A stretch of 64,000 bases of DNA from an uncultured Acidobacteriota bacterium (GCA_963741955.1 CAVUKB010000005.1:1280001-1344000), one strand, 5' to 3'. Counted from the first letter of the stretch, positions 54,666-63,591 are shown. Program-made: numbers and translations. The notes: a model not told the origin generated them from the letters alone.

Positions 54666-54724
54666 CCCGGACTATTCACGGGACTTCTGCTGCGGAGCGG
54701 CGAAATCCGTGAATGATCCGAGCT
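54666..54724. repeat. Internally deleted copy of the MITE-like element at 60794-60975
   Basis: First 34 nt identical to 60796-60829; 3' end CGAAATCC-GTGAATGATCCGAGCT matches the other terminus. Confidence 0.75.
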
Positions 54725-54735
54725 GAAGGAGCGTC

Positions 54736-56673
54736 TCATCCGAGTTTCGGGAGCCGCACGCCCCCTTCGAGGGCGCGCTCGAAAAGATCACCCACCTTTG
54801 CGATCCGCCCCGGCATCGTCCGGATGTCGTAGCGCGAAGGGTCCAGCCGGCGGGTCACCTCGCTCCACCGGAGCGGCGCAGATACGGGAGCTCCTTCGAT
54901 CGCTCGGAGGGAGTAGGGTGCGACCACCGTCTTTCCGTATCCGTTCTGAAGCCAATCGAGATAGAGGCGCCCTCCCCTCTTCGCGATGTTCCGCTCGACG
55001 GTCGCCGACGGTACCTTCGTGGCGATCGCGACCGCGACCTTCTCTGCAAACGCTGCGGTCTCCTCGTGCGAGTACCCTTTCACCAGCGGCACGAAGAGAT
55101 GAATCCCGCGCTTGCCCGAGGTCTTCGGAACACTCGGGATCTCGAGCTCCTCGAAGAGCCTTCGCAGAACCAGCGCGGCTTCGACCGCCTGCTCGATTCC
55201 CTTCCCCCGGGCGGGATCGAGGTCGAACACGACCCAGTCCGGCGAAGCGAGGCTCGCCGCACGAGAGGACCACATGTGCAGCGTCAGAACCGACCGCTGC
55301 GCGAGCCATCGCAGCGTCTCCGGCCGATCGACGATGAGGTGCCGCACGTTCTTTCCGGTGGTCTTCGCCGGGGTCTCCACCGTCGTCATCCACTCCTCGA
55401 CATCCCGGCTCACGTCCTGCTGAAACCAGGAAGGCCGTTCTATCCCCTCGTTCCAGTGCTCGAGCGCAATCGGGCGATCGCGCAGCGCCCGAAGCATCGG
55501 TTCCGACACCGCAGCGTAGTAGTCGGCGACATCGCTCTTGGTGTAGCCGTCGCGGGGGTAGAGGAGCCGGTCGGGATGAGTGAGATTCACATCGGCGACC
55601 TTCGCGCTCTTCGACTCCGCACGCCGGCCCTTTCCCTCGTTGGGCTTCTTCTGCGCCTTGCGCCTGTTCGCCGTCGAGCTCTTCTTTCCCGGCGGCTCAG
55701 CGGGAATCTCGCGGATCGCCTCCATCGGCGTTTTGTCGTCACGAAGTCCGAGAAACGACGGGTGACGCAGCTTTCCGTCCGACGTCCATTCCGTGAACTT
55801 CACCTGCGCGACCAGGCGCGGCTTGACCCACGTCGCATCGCGCATTCGAGGCGCACCGACGGCTTCGGTCCGGGCGACCGAATCTTTCGAGAGCTCTCGT
55901 TTCAACTCCTTGCGCTGTTTCGTGCTGAAGCCCGTCCCGACTTTCCCTGCGAACCGGAGGACCCCGCCTTCTGCAACGCCCAGCAGGAGCGCGCCGATCT
56001 CCTGGTCCGAATGCGTGCTCGGAGTGAAGCCGATGACCGCCAGCTCCTGTTCGTTGTGCGCTTTCAGTTTGAGCCAATCCTTTGTCCGTTTCCCCTCGTA
56101 CTTCGAGTCGAGCCGCTTCGCGATCAACCCTTCCCACCCTTCTCGCGCCGCACGCGCGAGCGCCTTTTGCGGCGCGGCATCGAGAGTCTCGGAGATGCGA
56201 ATCGCAGCGGGCGGCTTCCGGAGCACGCGCTCGAGACGTTCCCGCCGCGCAGCGAGCGGCAGCCGGCGCAGGTCCTCGCCATCCATCCAGAGGACGTCGA
56301 ATACGAAGTAGACGAAGTTCGCCCCTTCACCACGCTGGAGGAGCTGGAACCGAGGAGTCCCCTTCCGGTCCAGCGCCACGATCTCGCCGTCGAGAACCAC
56401 GTCCGTCGAGCGTAGACGCCGCAGCGCCGCGGCGATGGAGGGAAAGCGCTCGGCCAGATCGAGGCCGTTCCGGCTCCAGAGGGCCAGGTCTCCATCATGA
56501 AGTGCAGCCACGCCGCGGAACCCGTCGTACTTCAGCTCGAGCTGCCACGACTCCGGATCGGGTGGTGGTGCCGATGCGAGGGTCGCCAGCATCGGCGGAA
56601 ACACGCGCCGGAGCAGCGCCGCCGCCGGCGTTATCGCTGCTTTGCGATCTCCCGAGCTGCTCTTTGGAGCCAT
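54736..56673 (-). CDS. ligD: NHEJ DNA ligase D (ligase + polymerase domains)
   Basis: PMLA, ELKYDGFR, EGLIAK, WLKLK, LRHPSF; then LTHPD, FDLDP, KTSGKRGIH, YLDWLQN, PYSLRA. Confidence 0.9.
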   Translation of the reverse strand: MAPKSSSGDRKAAITPAAALLRRVFPPMLATLASAPPPDPESWQLELKYDGFRGVAALHDGDLALWSRNGLDLAERFPSIAAALRRLRSTDVVLDGEIVALDRKGTPRFQLLQRGEGANFVYFVFDVLWMDGEDLRRLPLAARRERLERVLRKPPAAIRISETLDAAPQKALARAAREGWEGLIAKRLDSKYEGKRTKDWLKLKAHNEQELAVIGFTPSTHSDQEIGALLLGVAEGGVLRFAGKVGTGFSTKQRKELKRELSKDSVARTEAVGAPRMRDATWVKPRLVAQVKFTEWTSDGKLRHPSFLGLRDDKTPMEAIREIPAEPPGKKSSTANRRKAQKKPNEGKGRRAESKSAKVADVNLTHPDRLLYPRDGYTKSDVADYYAAVSEPMLRALRDRPIALEHWNEGIERPSWFQQDVSRDVEEWMTTVETPAKTTGKNVRHLIVDRPETLRWLAQRSVLTLHMWSSRAASLASPDWVVFDLDPARGKGIEQAVEAALVLRRLFEELEIPSVPKTSGKRGIHLFVPLVKGYSHEETAAFAEKVAVAIATKVPSATVERNIAKRGGRLYLDWLQNGYGKTVVAPYSLRAIEGAPVSAPLRWSEVTRRLDPSRYDIRTMPGRIAKVGDLFERALEGGVRLPKLG

Positions 56674-56757
56674 TCGTCTCCTCCCGACACGACCGGTGCT
56701 CAACCGGTGCCAGCCGCATGTGGCGCCACTGCTGCGAAGCGCCTCGGGCGGACGGAA

Positions 56758-57624
56758 TCAGGAGACGCTCGAGATGCTCCCTTCTGATGCCCGGAGCGCG
56801 TCCCTCACTTCATAAAGGTCGACGAGGAGCTCGCGCGAGGTCTGGTACCGCTCCTGCGGCTCTTTCTTCAGGAGTTTCTGCTGGACGGATCGCAGCGCGG
56901 ACGGTACGTCCTCGCCGATGGCGCGAGGCTCTGACTGGAGGATCTCGTGCATCGTGTCGAGGAGAGCCTTTCCACTGAACGCAGCTCGCCCGGCGAGCAT
57001 CTCGTACATCACGGCGCCGAGGCTCCACAGATCGGATCGAGGATCTGCGGCCTCACCGCGCAGCAGCTCCGGAGCGACGTACTGCAGAGTTCCAGGAACC
57101 ACGCCGGGTAACGTCTGGACTCGCGCGGCGGAAATGTCGGTGAAGAGGGTTCCCTGAGTCACCTTGGCCAGACCGAAATCGAGCACCTTCACCACTCCAT
57201 CATCGCGGACCATCACGTTTTCGGGTTTGATGTCCCGATGGACGACCCAGTAGTCATGTGCCGCGCCGAGGGCACTCGCGATCGCGATCCCGACATTCAC
57301 TGCCTGCTGGAGTGAAAGCCGCCGCTCGTTCATCGCGTGCCGCAACGTCTTCCCGTCCACGAACTCGGTGACGATGAAGTTCACACCTTCATCTTCGTCG
57401 AGGTCGTAGATGGTCAGTACATTGGGGTGGTTGATGGCCGCCGCGAGCTGCGCTTCCTGCTTGAACCGAAGGAGACGCTGCGGATCGGATGCGAAGTGCG
57501 GAGAGAGAAACTTGACCGCGGCATAACGGTTCAAGCGGAGGTCCTGAGCAAGGTAGATGTCGCCCATCCCTCCGGCGCCGAGTTTCTTCAGAATCCGATA
57601 ATGCGAAACGACCTGCAGGCTCAC
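56758..57624 (-). CDS. Hanks-type Ser/Thr protein kinase (catalytic domain only)
   Basis: LGAGGMG, AVK, HRDIKPEN, DFGLAK, YVAPE, DLWSLG. Confidence 0.9.
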   Translation of the reverse strand: MSLQVVSHYRILKKLGAGGMGDIYLAQDLRLNRYAAVKFLSPHFASDPQRLLRFKQEAQLAAAINHPNVLTIYDLDEDEGVNFIVTEFVDGKTLRHAMNERRLSLQQAVNVGIAIASALGAAHDYWVVHRDIKPENVMVRDDGVVKVLDFGLAKVTQGTLFTDISAARVQTLPGVVPGTLQYVAPELLRGEAADPRSDLWSLGAVMYEMLAGRAAFSGKALLDTMHEILQSEPRAIGEDVPSALRSVQQKLLKKEPQERYQTSRELLVDLYEVRDALRASEGSISSVS

Positions 57625-57940
57625 GGATCCGCCTTCGAACGATGATCGTCGACCATAGCAGAAGAGCGGAGCGATTTCGAATTTCGAATTCCGATTCGAG
57701 AGTGCCTGGTTCTACGCGATCGCGGATCTGGCCGGGAGAGGCCTCGCCTCTGCTGCAGGCGTACCCTCGATCCGCTCCGAATGTGATTCGCTCCGCGGAT
57801 CAGAGGATCCGCACCCCCGGCGGAATCCGAAGGACCAGAATCCGTTCCCGCCGTCAGCAGGGTTCGCAGATCCAGGAGTTCACATCCCCCCTATGCACTT
57901 CGAGCACCCTCTCGGGTGCCCGTGATTCGAATCTGAGAAG

Positions 57941-58016
57941 TGGTGGAGCCGAACGGGATCGAACCGTCGACCTCCTGAATGCCATTCAGGCGCTCTCCCA
58001 ACTGAGCTACGGCCCC
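57941..58016 (-). tRNA. tRNA-Ala(GGC)
   Basis: GGGGCCGTAGCTCAGTTGGGAGAGCGCCTGAATGGCATTCAGG...CTCCACCA. Confidence 0.95.
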
Positions 58017-58187
58017 TCTTTGAAGCGGTGCGAAAACTAGCACGCACCATCGGCAGCGTCAAGAACCGCCCTCCCCGGAGTGAAATTTCGTGTCGGATTC
58101 GTGCCGCGAACGGGGATTTTTTGCAGGCGGCGCACGATTCTCATTTTCGATTCCGGACCGTTCGGAATGCGTCGTCGAGACCTCGAG

Positions 58188-58985
58188 ATGTTCGGTGAAA
58201 TCCTGATCGAATCCGGCCGCGGACACCCGCGATTTCGCGCCTGGCCTTCTACCGCGATCTCAGCGGGGATCCACCTCGCTCTGGTTGGCGTCATGGTCTG
58301 GGCCGGAGTGGTGGCCCACGCATCGGATCAGCCAGCCGCTCCACCCATCGAGGCCTTTCTCGTCTCGTCCGCTCCTCCTCCGCCTCCTCCTCCACCTCCC
58401 CCGAAAGGAGAGAGCTCCCCTTCCGTGACGGTGATGAAGAAGGAGCCGGAGACTTCTCGTTCGTTCGTGACCCCGAAGGAAATCCCGCAGGAGACGCCGC
58501 AGCCGCAGACTACGACGACCATCCCCACCACGGACACCTCGACTCCGGGATCGTCTCCCGCCGGCGTCGAGGGTGGAGTGGAGGGGGGCGTCGAGGGTGG
58601 AACGCCGGGCGGTGTGGTGGGCGGTGTCATCGGAGGAGAGCTCGGAGGAGTCCTCGGCGGGAAGCTCGGAGGGCGACTCGGTGGAACCGGCGACGTCCCT
58701 CTTCCGGTGGGCGGAAATGTGAAGCCCCCCATCCCGATTACGAAGGTCGATCCGGACTACACCGAGGATGCTCGGAAGGAGCGGGTGCAGGGAATCGTGA
58801 TTCTGGAAGCGGTGATCGACCGCGAGGGAAACGTCACGAGGATCCGGATCGTCAAAGGGCTGGCGAAGGGACTCGGAGATTCCGCCGTCAAGGCAGTGAG
58901 CCAGTGGAAGTTCAGACCCGGCACGCTGGAAGGCGAGCCGGTGCCGGTGATCTTCGACGTGACGGTCAGCTTCAGACTGCAGTGA
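58188..58985 (+). CDS. tonB: Energy transducer TonB
   Basis: S..IH TM motif, poly-Pro, GVEGG repeats, YTEDARK...G.VIL..ID..G.V...QWKFRP TonB_C. Confidence 0.88.
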   Translation: MFGEILIESGRGHPRFRAWPSTAISAGIHLALVGVMVWAGVVAHASDQPAAPPIEAFLVSSAPPPPPPPPPPKGESSPSVTVMKKEPETSRSFVTPKEIPQETPQPQTTTTIPTTDTSTPGSSPAGVEGGVEGGVEGGTPGGVVGGVIGGELGGVLGGKLGGRLGGTGDVPLPVGGNVKPPIPITKVDPDYTEDARKERVQGIVILEAVIDREGNVTRIRIVKGLAKGLGDSAVKAVSQWKFRPGTLEGEPVPVIFDVTVSFRLQ

Positions 58986-59016
58986 GAGTATCGTACGAAA
59001 ACAGGAGATCGCCTGA

Positions 59017-59721
59017 ATGGATGCATTGAACAGTACATTTACGATCGTGGGGCTCTGGAATGCGATGGGCACCCTCGCCCGGAGCGTGGTGATTCTGCTC
59101 GGCTTGATGTCGATCTGGTCGATCGGGCTCGCCATCGAGCGCTTCTGGAGGTTCGCGCTGGCAGGCCGCGAGTCGGTCGAACTGGCCGAGGGGGTCACAC
59201 CTCTCCTCCGCGATCAGAAACTCGACGAAGCCATCGATCTCGCGCGCCGGAAAGCGTACCGGCACAGTCATCTCGGCAGAGTGATCACCGCGGGCCTGAT
59301 GAAGTTCCGCAACGACCGCGCCGATGAACTTCCCGAGAGCTTCGATCTGGTCGAATCGGGGAAGCGGGCGATCGACCGTGCGGCCCTGATGACCACCGCG
59401 GAGATGAAGCGGGGGCTGGGCAGCCTGGCGACGATCTCGACCACCGCCCCGTTCATCGGCCTGTTCGGGACGGTCGTCGGCATCATCCGGGCGTTCCACG
59501 GGATGGCGGCCACCGGGTCGGGCGGCATCGGTGCGGTCTCGAGCGGTATCGCCGAGGCGCTCGCGACGACCGCGTTCGGACTGATCGTCGCCATTCCGGC
59601 GGTCTGGCTTTACAACCACTTCATCAATCGCGTCGAACGTTTCCAGGTGGAGATGGCGAACGCTTCGTCGGAGCTGATCGACTACTTCATTCAGAGCGCG
59701 GCGAAGGCGAAGGTGCGCTGA
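59017..59721 (+). CDS. exbB: MotA/TolQ/ExbB proton channel
   Basis: LATISTTAPFIGLFGTVVGI, GIAEALATTAFGL.VAIPA. Confidence 0.9.
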   Translation: MDALNSTFTIVGLWNAMGTLARSVVILLGLMSIWSIGLAIERFWRFALAGRESVELAEGVTPLLRDQKLDEAIDLARRKAYRHSHLGRVITAGLMKFRNDRADELPESFDLVESGKRAIDRAALMTTAEMKRGLGSLATISTTAPFIGLFGTVVGIIRAFHGMAATGSGGIGAVSSGIAEALATTAFGLIVAIPAVWLYNHFINRVERFQVEMANASSELIDYFIQSAAKAKVR

Positions 59722-59727
59722 GCCGCT

Positions 59728-60144
59728 ATGGACGCTCCGAATCAGATCGGCGAAGTCCGCGGCGACATCAACGTCACTCCTCTGGTCGATGTCTGTCTGG
59801 TGCTGCTGATCATCTTCATGGTGGTCACTCCGATGCTCCAGCAGGGAATCGACGTCCTCCTTCCAGAGGGAGCTCACGCCGTCGACAAACCGGGAGAGCG
59901 GACGGACCTGATCATCACCATCAAATCCGACGGGACGGTGTTCGTCGGCCGGAAGTGGATCACTGACCAGGACCTCGAGAAGTATCTGCACTCCGAGCAC
60001 GAGCGCGATCCGAATCGCGCGGTGGTGCTGAAGGCCGACCGGCGGCTGAAGTTCGGAAAAATCCGAAAGGTGATGAAAGCCGCAAACGACGCAGAGTTCT
60101 CGCGGGTGGCAATCCTCACCGAACCGCAGCAGAAGGGATCCTGA
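59728..60144 (+). CDS. exbD: ExbD/TolR protein 1
   Basis: INVTPLVDVCLVLLIIFMV, LKAD. Confidence 0.9.
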   Translation: MDAPNQIGEVRGDINVTPLVDVCLVLLIIFMVVTPMLQQGIDVLLPEGAHAVDKPGERTDLIITIKSDGTVFVGRKWITDQDLEKYLHSEHERDPNRAVVLKADRRLKFGKIRKVMKAANDAEFSRVAILTEPQQKGS

Positions 60145-60145
60145 G

Positions 60146-60568
60146 ATGGCGATGAGCGGATCGATCGGAAGAGGAGTCCACAGCGAGATCAACGTCACGC
60201 CGCTGGTGGACATCGTGCTGGTCCTCCTGATCATCTTCATGGTGCTCACGCCGGTTCTTCAGATGGGTCTCGACGTGGAAGTTCCTCCGAAGGTCGAGGT
60301 GTCGACGCCGCCTCCCGACTCAGAAGCCACGCAGTTGGTGGTTGCGGTCCGGGACGATGGGATCTATCTGAACAAGGAGAAGATCGGCAGTCCGGACGAG
60401 CTGCGCAAACGGCTGGCCGCGGTCCTGCCGGCTCGGAAAGAGGACGACCGGGTCGTGTTTCTCACCGCCGACGACGACGTCGGGTTCGACCGCACGGTCA
60501 AGGCGATGGACGCGGCGCGCGGTGCGGGCGCGCTGCGGGTCGGCTTCCTGACCGATCCGCTGAAATAG
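60146..60568 (+). CDS. exbD: ExbD/TolR protein 2
   Basis: INVTPLVDIVLVLLIIFMV, LTADD. Confidence 0.9.
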   Translation: MAMSGSIGRGVHSEINVTPLVDIVLVLLIIFMVLTPVLQMGLDVEVPPKVEVSTPPPDSEATQLVVAVRDDGIYLNKEKIGSPDELRKRLAAVLPARKEDDRVVFLTADDDVGFDRTVKAMDAARGAGALRVGFLTDPLK

Positions 60569-60596
60569 GTTGCGGCAGGAGGGAGTGCCCCGGAAG

Positions 60597-60694
60597 TGGC
60601 GGAGGCGTGTCGGAATCGAACCAACCCTTCGACGCTTCCGCGCCGAAACTACGGTTTTGAAGACCGCGGGGGCCACCAGACCCCTTTCGCCTCC
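60597..60694 (-). tRNA. selC: tRNA-Sec (anticodon TCA)
   Basis: 98 nt; 6-bp D stem with 4-nt loop (GGGGTC-TGGT-GGCCCC), CT-TCA-AA anticodon loop, long variable arm, G73 and CCA. Confidence 0.92.
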
Positions 60695-60793
60695 ATTCCG
60701 GGCCGCGAGACGATAACAGAAGCGCGCGGCAGATGCATCCCACCGTCTGCGATCGACATCCTCGCATCCGCCATCGGCGCTCGTCTCTCCGTA

Positions 60794-60975
60794 AGCCCGG
60801 ACTATTCACGGGACTTCTGCTGCGGAGCGCGATCCGGGCTTGTCTGCGACGTCAGACGGCGGGGGTGCTCCTCAACGTAGTGCAGCGACTACGCCTCGTC
60901 GCAAAATCGCCGTCTTCCTTGCATCCCGGCCCGCCTCGCACTCCTCGCGACGAAATCCCGTGAATGATCCGGGCT
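60794..60975. mobile_element. MITE-like non-autonomous element (~182 bp)
   Basis: Imperfect terminal inverted repeats AGCCCGGACTATTCACGGGA / TCCCGTGAATGATCCGGGCT, internal palindrome CGTAG..CTACG, no ORF; second partial copy at 54666. Confidence 0.7.
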
Positions 60976-60986
60976 AGAATGCCGGG

Positions 60987-61787
60987 ATGACGACATTGCT
61001 GACGATCTACGCGTTCGCACTCGGGGCGGTGATCGGCAGCTTTCTGAACGTCGTGATCTACCGATGGCCGCGGGAGGAATCGATCGTCTTCCCACCGAGC
61101 CATTGCCCGAATTGTGGCGCGCGCATCAGGCCGTGGGACAACGTACCGATCGTTTCGTGGATCCTCCTCCTCGGTCGCTGCCGTTCATGTCGTCAGCCGA
61201 TCTCGGCCCGCTATCCCACGATCGAGCTGGTCAACGGTCTCTTTTTCGCGGCGGTCTTTCTTCACTCCGGGATCGCGATCGATTTTCTTCTCCTCGCCAC
61301 GATCTGTTCGATGCTGATCGTTCTGATCTATATCGATCTCGACATCCAGCTTCTCCCGGACGTCGTCGACATCCCGGGAATCGGAGTCGGCCTCCTGATG
61401 GGCGCGCTCGGAGCCGGACGGGCGATGCCGGAGCTGGTCATCTCGGATTCACTCCTCGATTCGGTGATCGGCGCCGCCGCCGGGGCGGGAATCATCTTCG
61501 CCGTCGGGATGGCGTACAAGCTTCTTCGCGGGATGGAAGGGATGGGACTCGGTGACGTGAAGATGCTCGCGATGATCGGTGCGGTGGTGGGGTGGAGAGC
61601 GGTCGCTCCGGTGATCTTCGGCGCCTCGTTCGTCGGAGCGATCTTCGGGCTCGTCATCGCGGCGAAGAACCGTCAGGGACTGCAGTTCGCTCTCCCCTTC
61701 GGCGTCTTTCTCGGTCTCTCGACTTTCGCCACCATCTTCTTTGGCCATACACTGCTGGAATGGTACCGGTCGCTGCTCCTCGGCTGA
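60987..61787 (+). CDS. pilD: Prepilin peptidase/N-methyltransferase
   Basis: GSFLNVVIYR, SHCPNC...GRCRSC, IDLD, GMGLGDVK, LPFG.FL. Confidence 0.93.
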   Translation: MTTLLTIYAFALGAVIGSFLNVVIYRWPREESIVFPPSHCPNCGARIRPWDNVPIVSWILLLGRCRSCRQPISARYPTIELVNGLFFAAVFLHSGIAIDFLLLATICSMLIVLIYIDLDIQLLPDVVDIPGIGVGLLMGALGAGRAMPELVISDSLLDSVIGAAAGAGIIFAVGMAYKLLRGMEGMGLGDVKMLAMIGAVVGWRAVAPVIFGASFVGAIFGLVIAAKNRQGLQFALPFGVFLGLSTFATIFFGHTLLEWYRSLLLG

Positions 61788-63460
61788 CGAGGATCGGGTT
61801 CCGCCGCGACGTCAAACTCTTCCTCGGCGTGCTGGTCACGTTTCTCGTACTCCTGATCATGGTCCTCCTGCTGCTCCTGCAGGGGTCGATCAGGACCGAC
61901 GCGGAGGAGATGAACGCCCGCTGGAACGACATCGCCGACATGGCCACGGAGTGGCTGACGGCGACGGCTCGTCCGCAGCAGGCAGGAGACATCGAGGGAA
62001 GGCTGATCTACCTGCGCGGCCGGCTCGATGTGACGGCGATCGAGCTCTCGCGCGGCGGTTCAGCGCCGATCGTCTCCGGCAACCCCAGTGAGATTCCGGA
62101 GATCCGGAAAATCGCGCGCACAACCTCGTTCGGAACCGTCACATACGACTTCGACGCCTCTGGACTCGAGGCTTCGAGACGCCGCTTCATGGTGACTGCA
62201 GCGATCGCGTTCGGGACTTCGCTCCTCGGCGGCATCCTTCTGTTTCTCTATATCCCGCGGATCGTTCGCCCCATCGAAGAGATGCTCGATCAGGCGAAGG
62301 AGCTCGGGGAGAACCGCCCCGATGGAGACGAAACGAGGTATCTGATCGAGACGTTCCGGACTTCGATCGAGCGACTGAAGCTGCAGGAAGCGGAGCTCAA
62401 GCGGCTCCACGATCTCGAGAAGGCGCGCGCCGATGAGCTGGAGAGAATCACCGCCACCCTCACGCGATCGCTCTCGTCCGGATTCGTCGCATTCGACCGG
62501 GAAGGGGCCATCGTCGACGCGAATGTCGCCGCCCGGGAGATCCTCAGTCTGGACCCCGCCTCGACTGTGAGTGGCCGCAAAGCATCGGCGGCGTTCGGCG
62601 ATTCGCCTTTCTCCCGCGTTCTGGAGGACGCGGTCCGAGAGCGGCAGACCCTGGCCCGGGAGGAAGTTCCGCTCTATGGTGAGCGCATTCTCGGACTGAG
62701 CACCGTACAGTTGGTGAATGAACAGAACCAGTTTTTCGGAATGCTCGCCCTCTTCACCGATCTCACCCCGATCCGGAAGCTCGAATCGCGCCTGCGGGAG
62801 ATGCAGACGCTGGCGGACCTCGGAGAGATCTCGGCCGGAATCGCACACGAGTTCCGGAATGCACTCTCCACGATCCTCGGATATCTCAAGCTTGCACAAC
62901 GGGACGAGCTCCCTCCCGAGGCCGGGCGGAGAGTGGCGCGGGCGGAAGCGGAAGCGGTCGAGCTCTCCACCGCAGTCGAGCGCCTTCTGAATTTCGCACG
63001 GCCGATCAATCTCGAATCACGTCCGGTGAACGTGAACGATTTGATCGAAAGTATCTTCGACCGATTCGGAGCCCAGGCGCCCGAGATCGATTTCTCGATG
63101 ACCGGCGATCCGCTCCGGATCGAGGGCGACCCGAACCTCCTCGCCCGCGCGTTCGAAAATATCGTGCGGAATGGTGTCGACGCGATCCGCGAGAAGGGGA
63201 CCGAAGGGCGGGTTCGGGTCGAGATCCGGAAGTCGCCGGTCCCCCGCGTCACGTTCACGGACAACGGCATCGGGATCGACGAGAAGGACGTCCAGCGGCT
63301 GTTCCTCCCGTTCCAGAGCGGCAAGCCAGCCGGAACGGGACTCGGTCTGGCGATCACGAGAAAGATCCTGCTGCTCCACGGAGCGACGATCCGACTCGCC
63401 GGAACGGCGGAATCCGGTGCTCAGGTGACGATCGAGTTCCCGCCGCAGAGCGAAGGGTGA
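61760..63460 (+). CDS. PAS-domain sensor histidine kinase (PilS/NtrB-like)
   Basis: Two TMs, PAS-like region, AGIAHEFRN H-box, NIVRNG, DNGIG, GTGLGL; start uncertain. Confidence 0.88.
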   Translation: MVPVAAPRLTRIGFRRDVKLFLGVLVTFLVLLIMVLLLLLQGSIRTDAEEMNARWNDIADMATEWLTATARPQQAGDIEGRLIYLRGRLDVTAIELSRGGSAPIVSGNPSEIPEIRKIARTTSFGTVTYDFDASGLEASRRRFMVTAAIAFGTSLLGGILLFLYIPRIVRPIEEMLDQAKELGENRPDGDETRYLIETFRTSIERLKLQEAELKRLHDLEKARADELERITATLTRSLSSGFVAFDREGAIVDANVAAREILSLDPASTVSGRKASAAFGDSPFSRVLEDAVRERQTLAREEVPLYGERILGLSTVQLVNEQNQFFGMLALFTDLTPIRKLESRLREMQTLADLGEISAGIAHEFRNALSTILGYLKLAQRDELPPEAGRRVARAEAEAVELSTAVERLLNFARPINLESRPVNVNDLIESIFDRFGAQAPEIDFSMTGDPLRIEGDPNLLARAFENIVRNGVDAIREKGTEGRVRVEIRKSPVPRVTFTDNGIGIDEKDVQRLFLPFQSGKPAGTGLGLAITRKILLLHGATIRLAGTAESGAQVTIEFPPQSEG

Positions 63461-63591
63461 ACGCCAGCAACAGCAGGGGCCTCGTCGTGTTACAATTTGT
63501 ACCAGCCGGAGAATGATCGGCGCCCCACAGCCCAGCCACTATCGCCACTAATTCCAGCAGGTACAGAGAGTTGGCGGCATGAACCGAGCCG

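Noticed and set aside
58560-58690. GGxGTxGAG-type tandem repeats
   Set aside because: They encode the GVEGG/GVVGG linker common in TonB proteins
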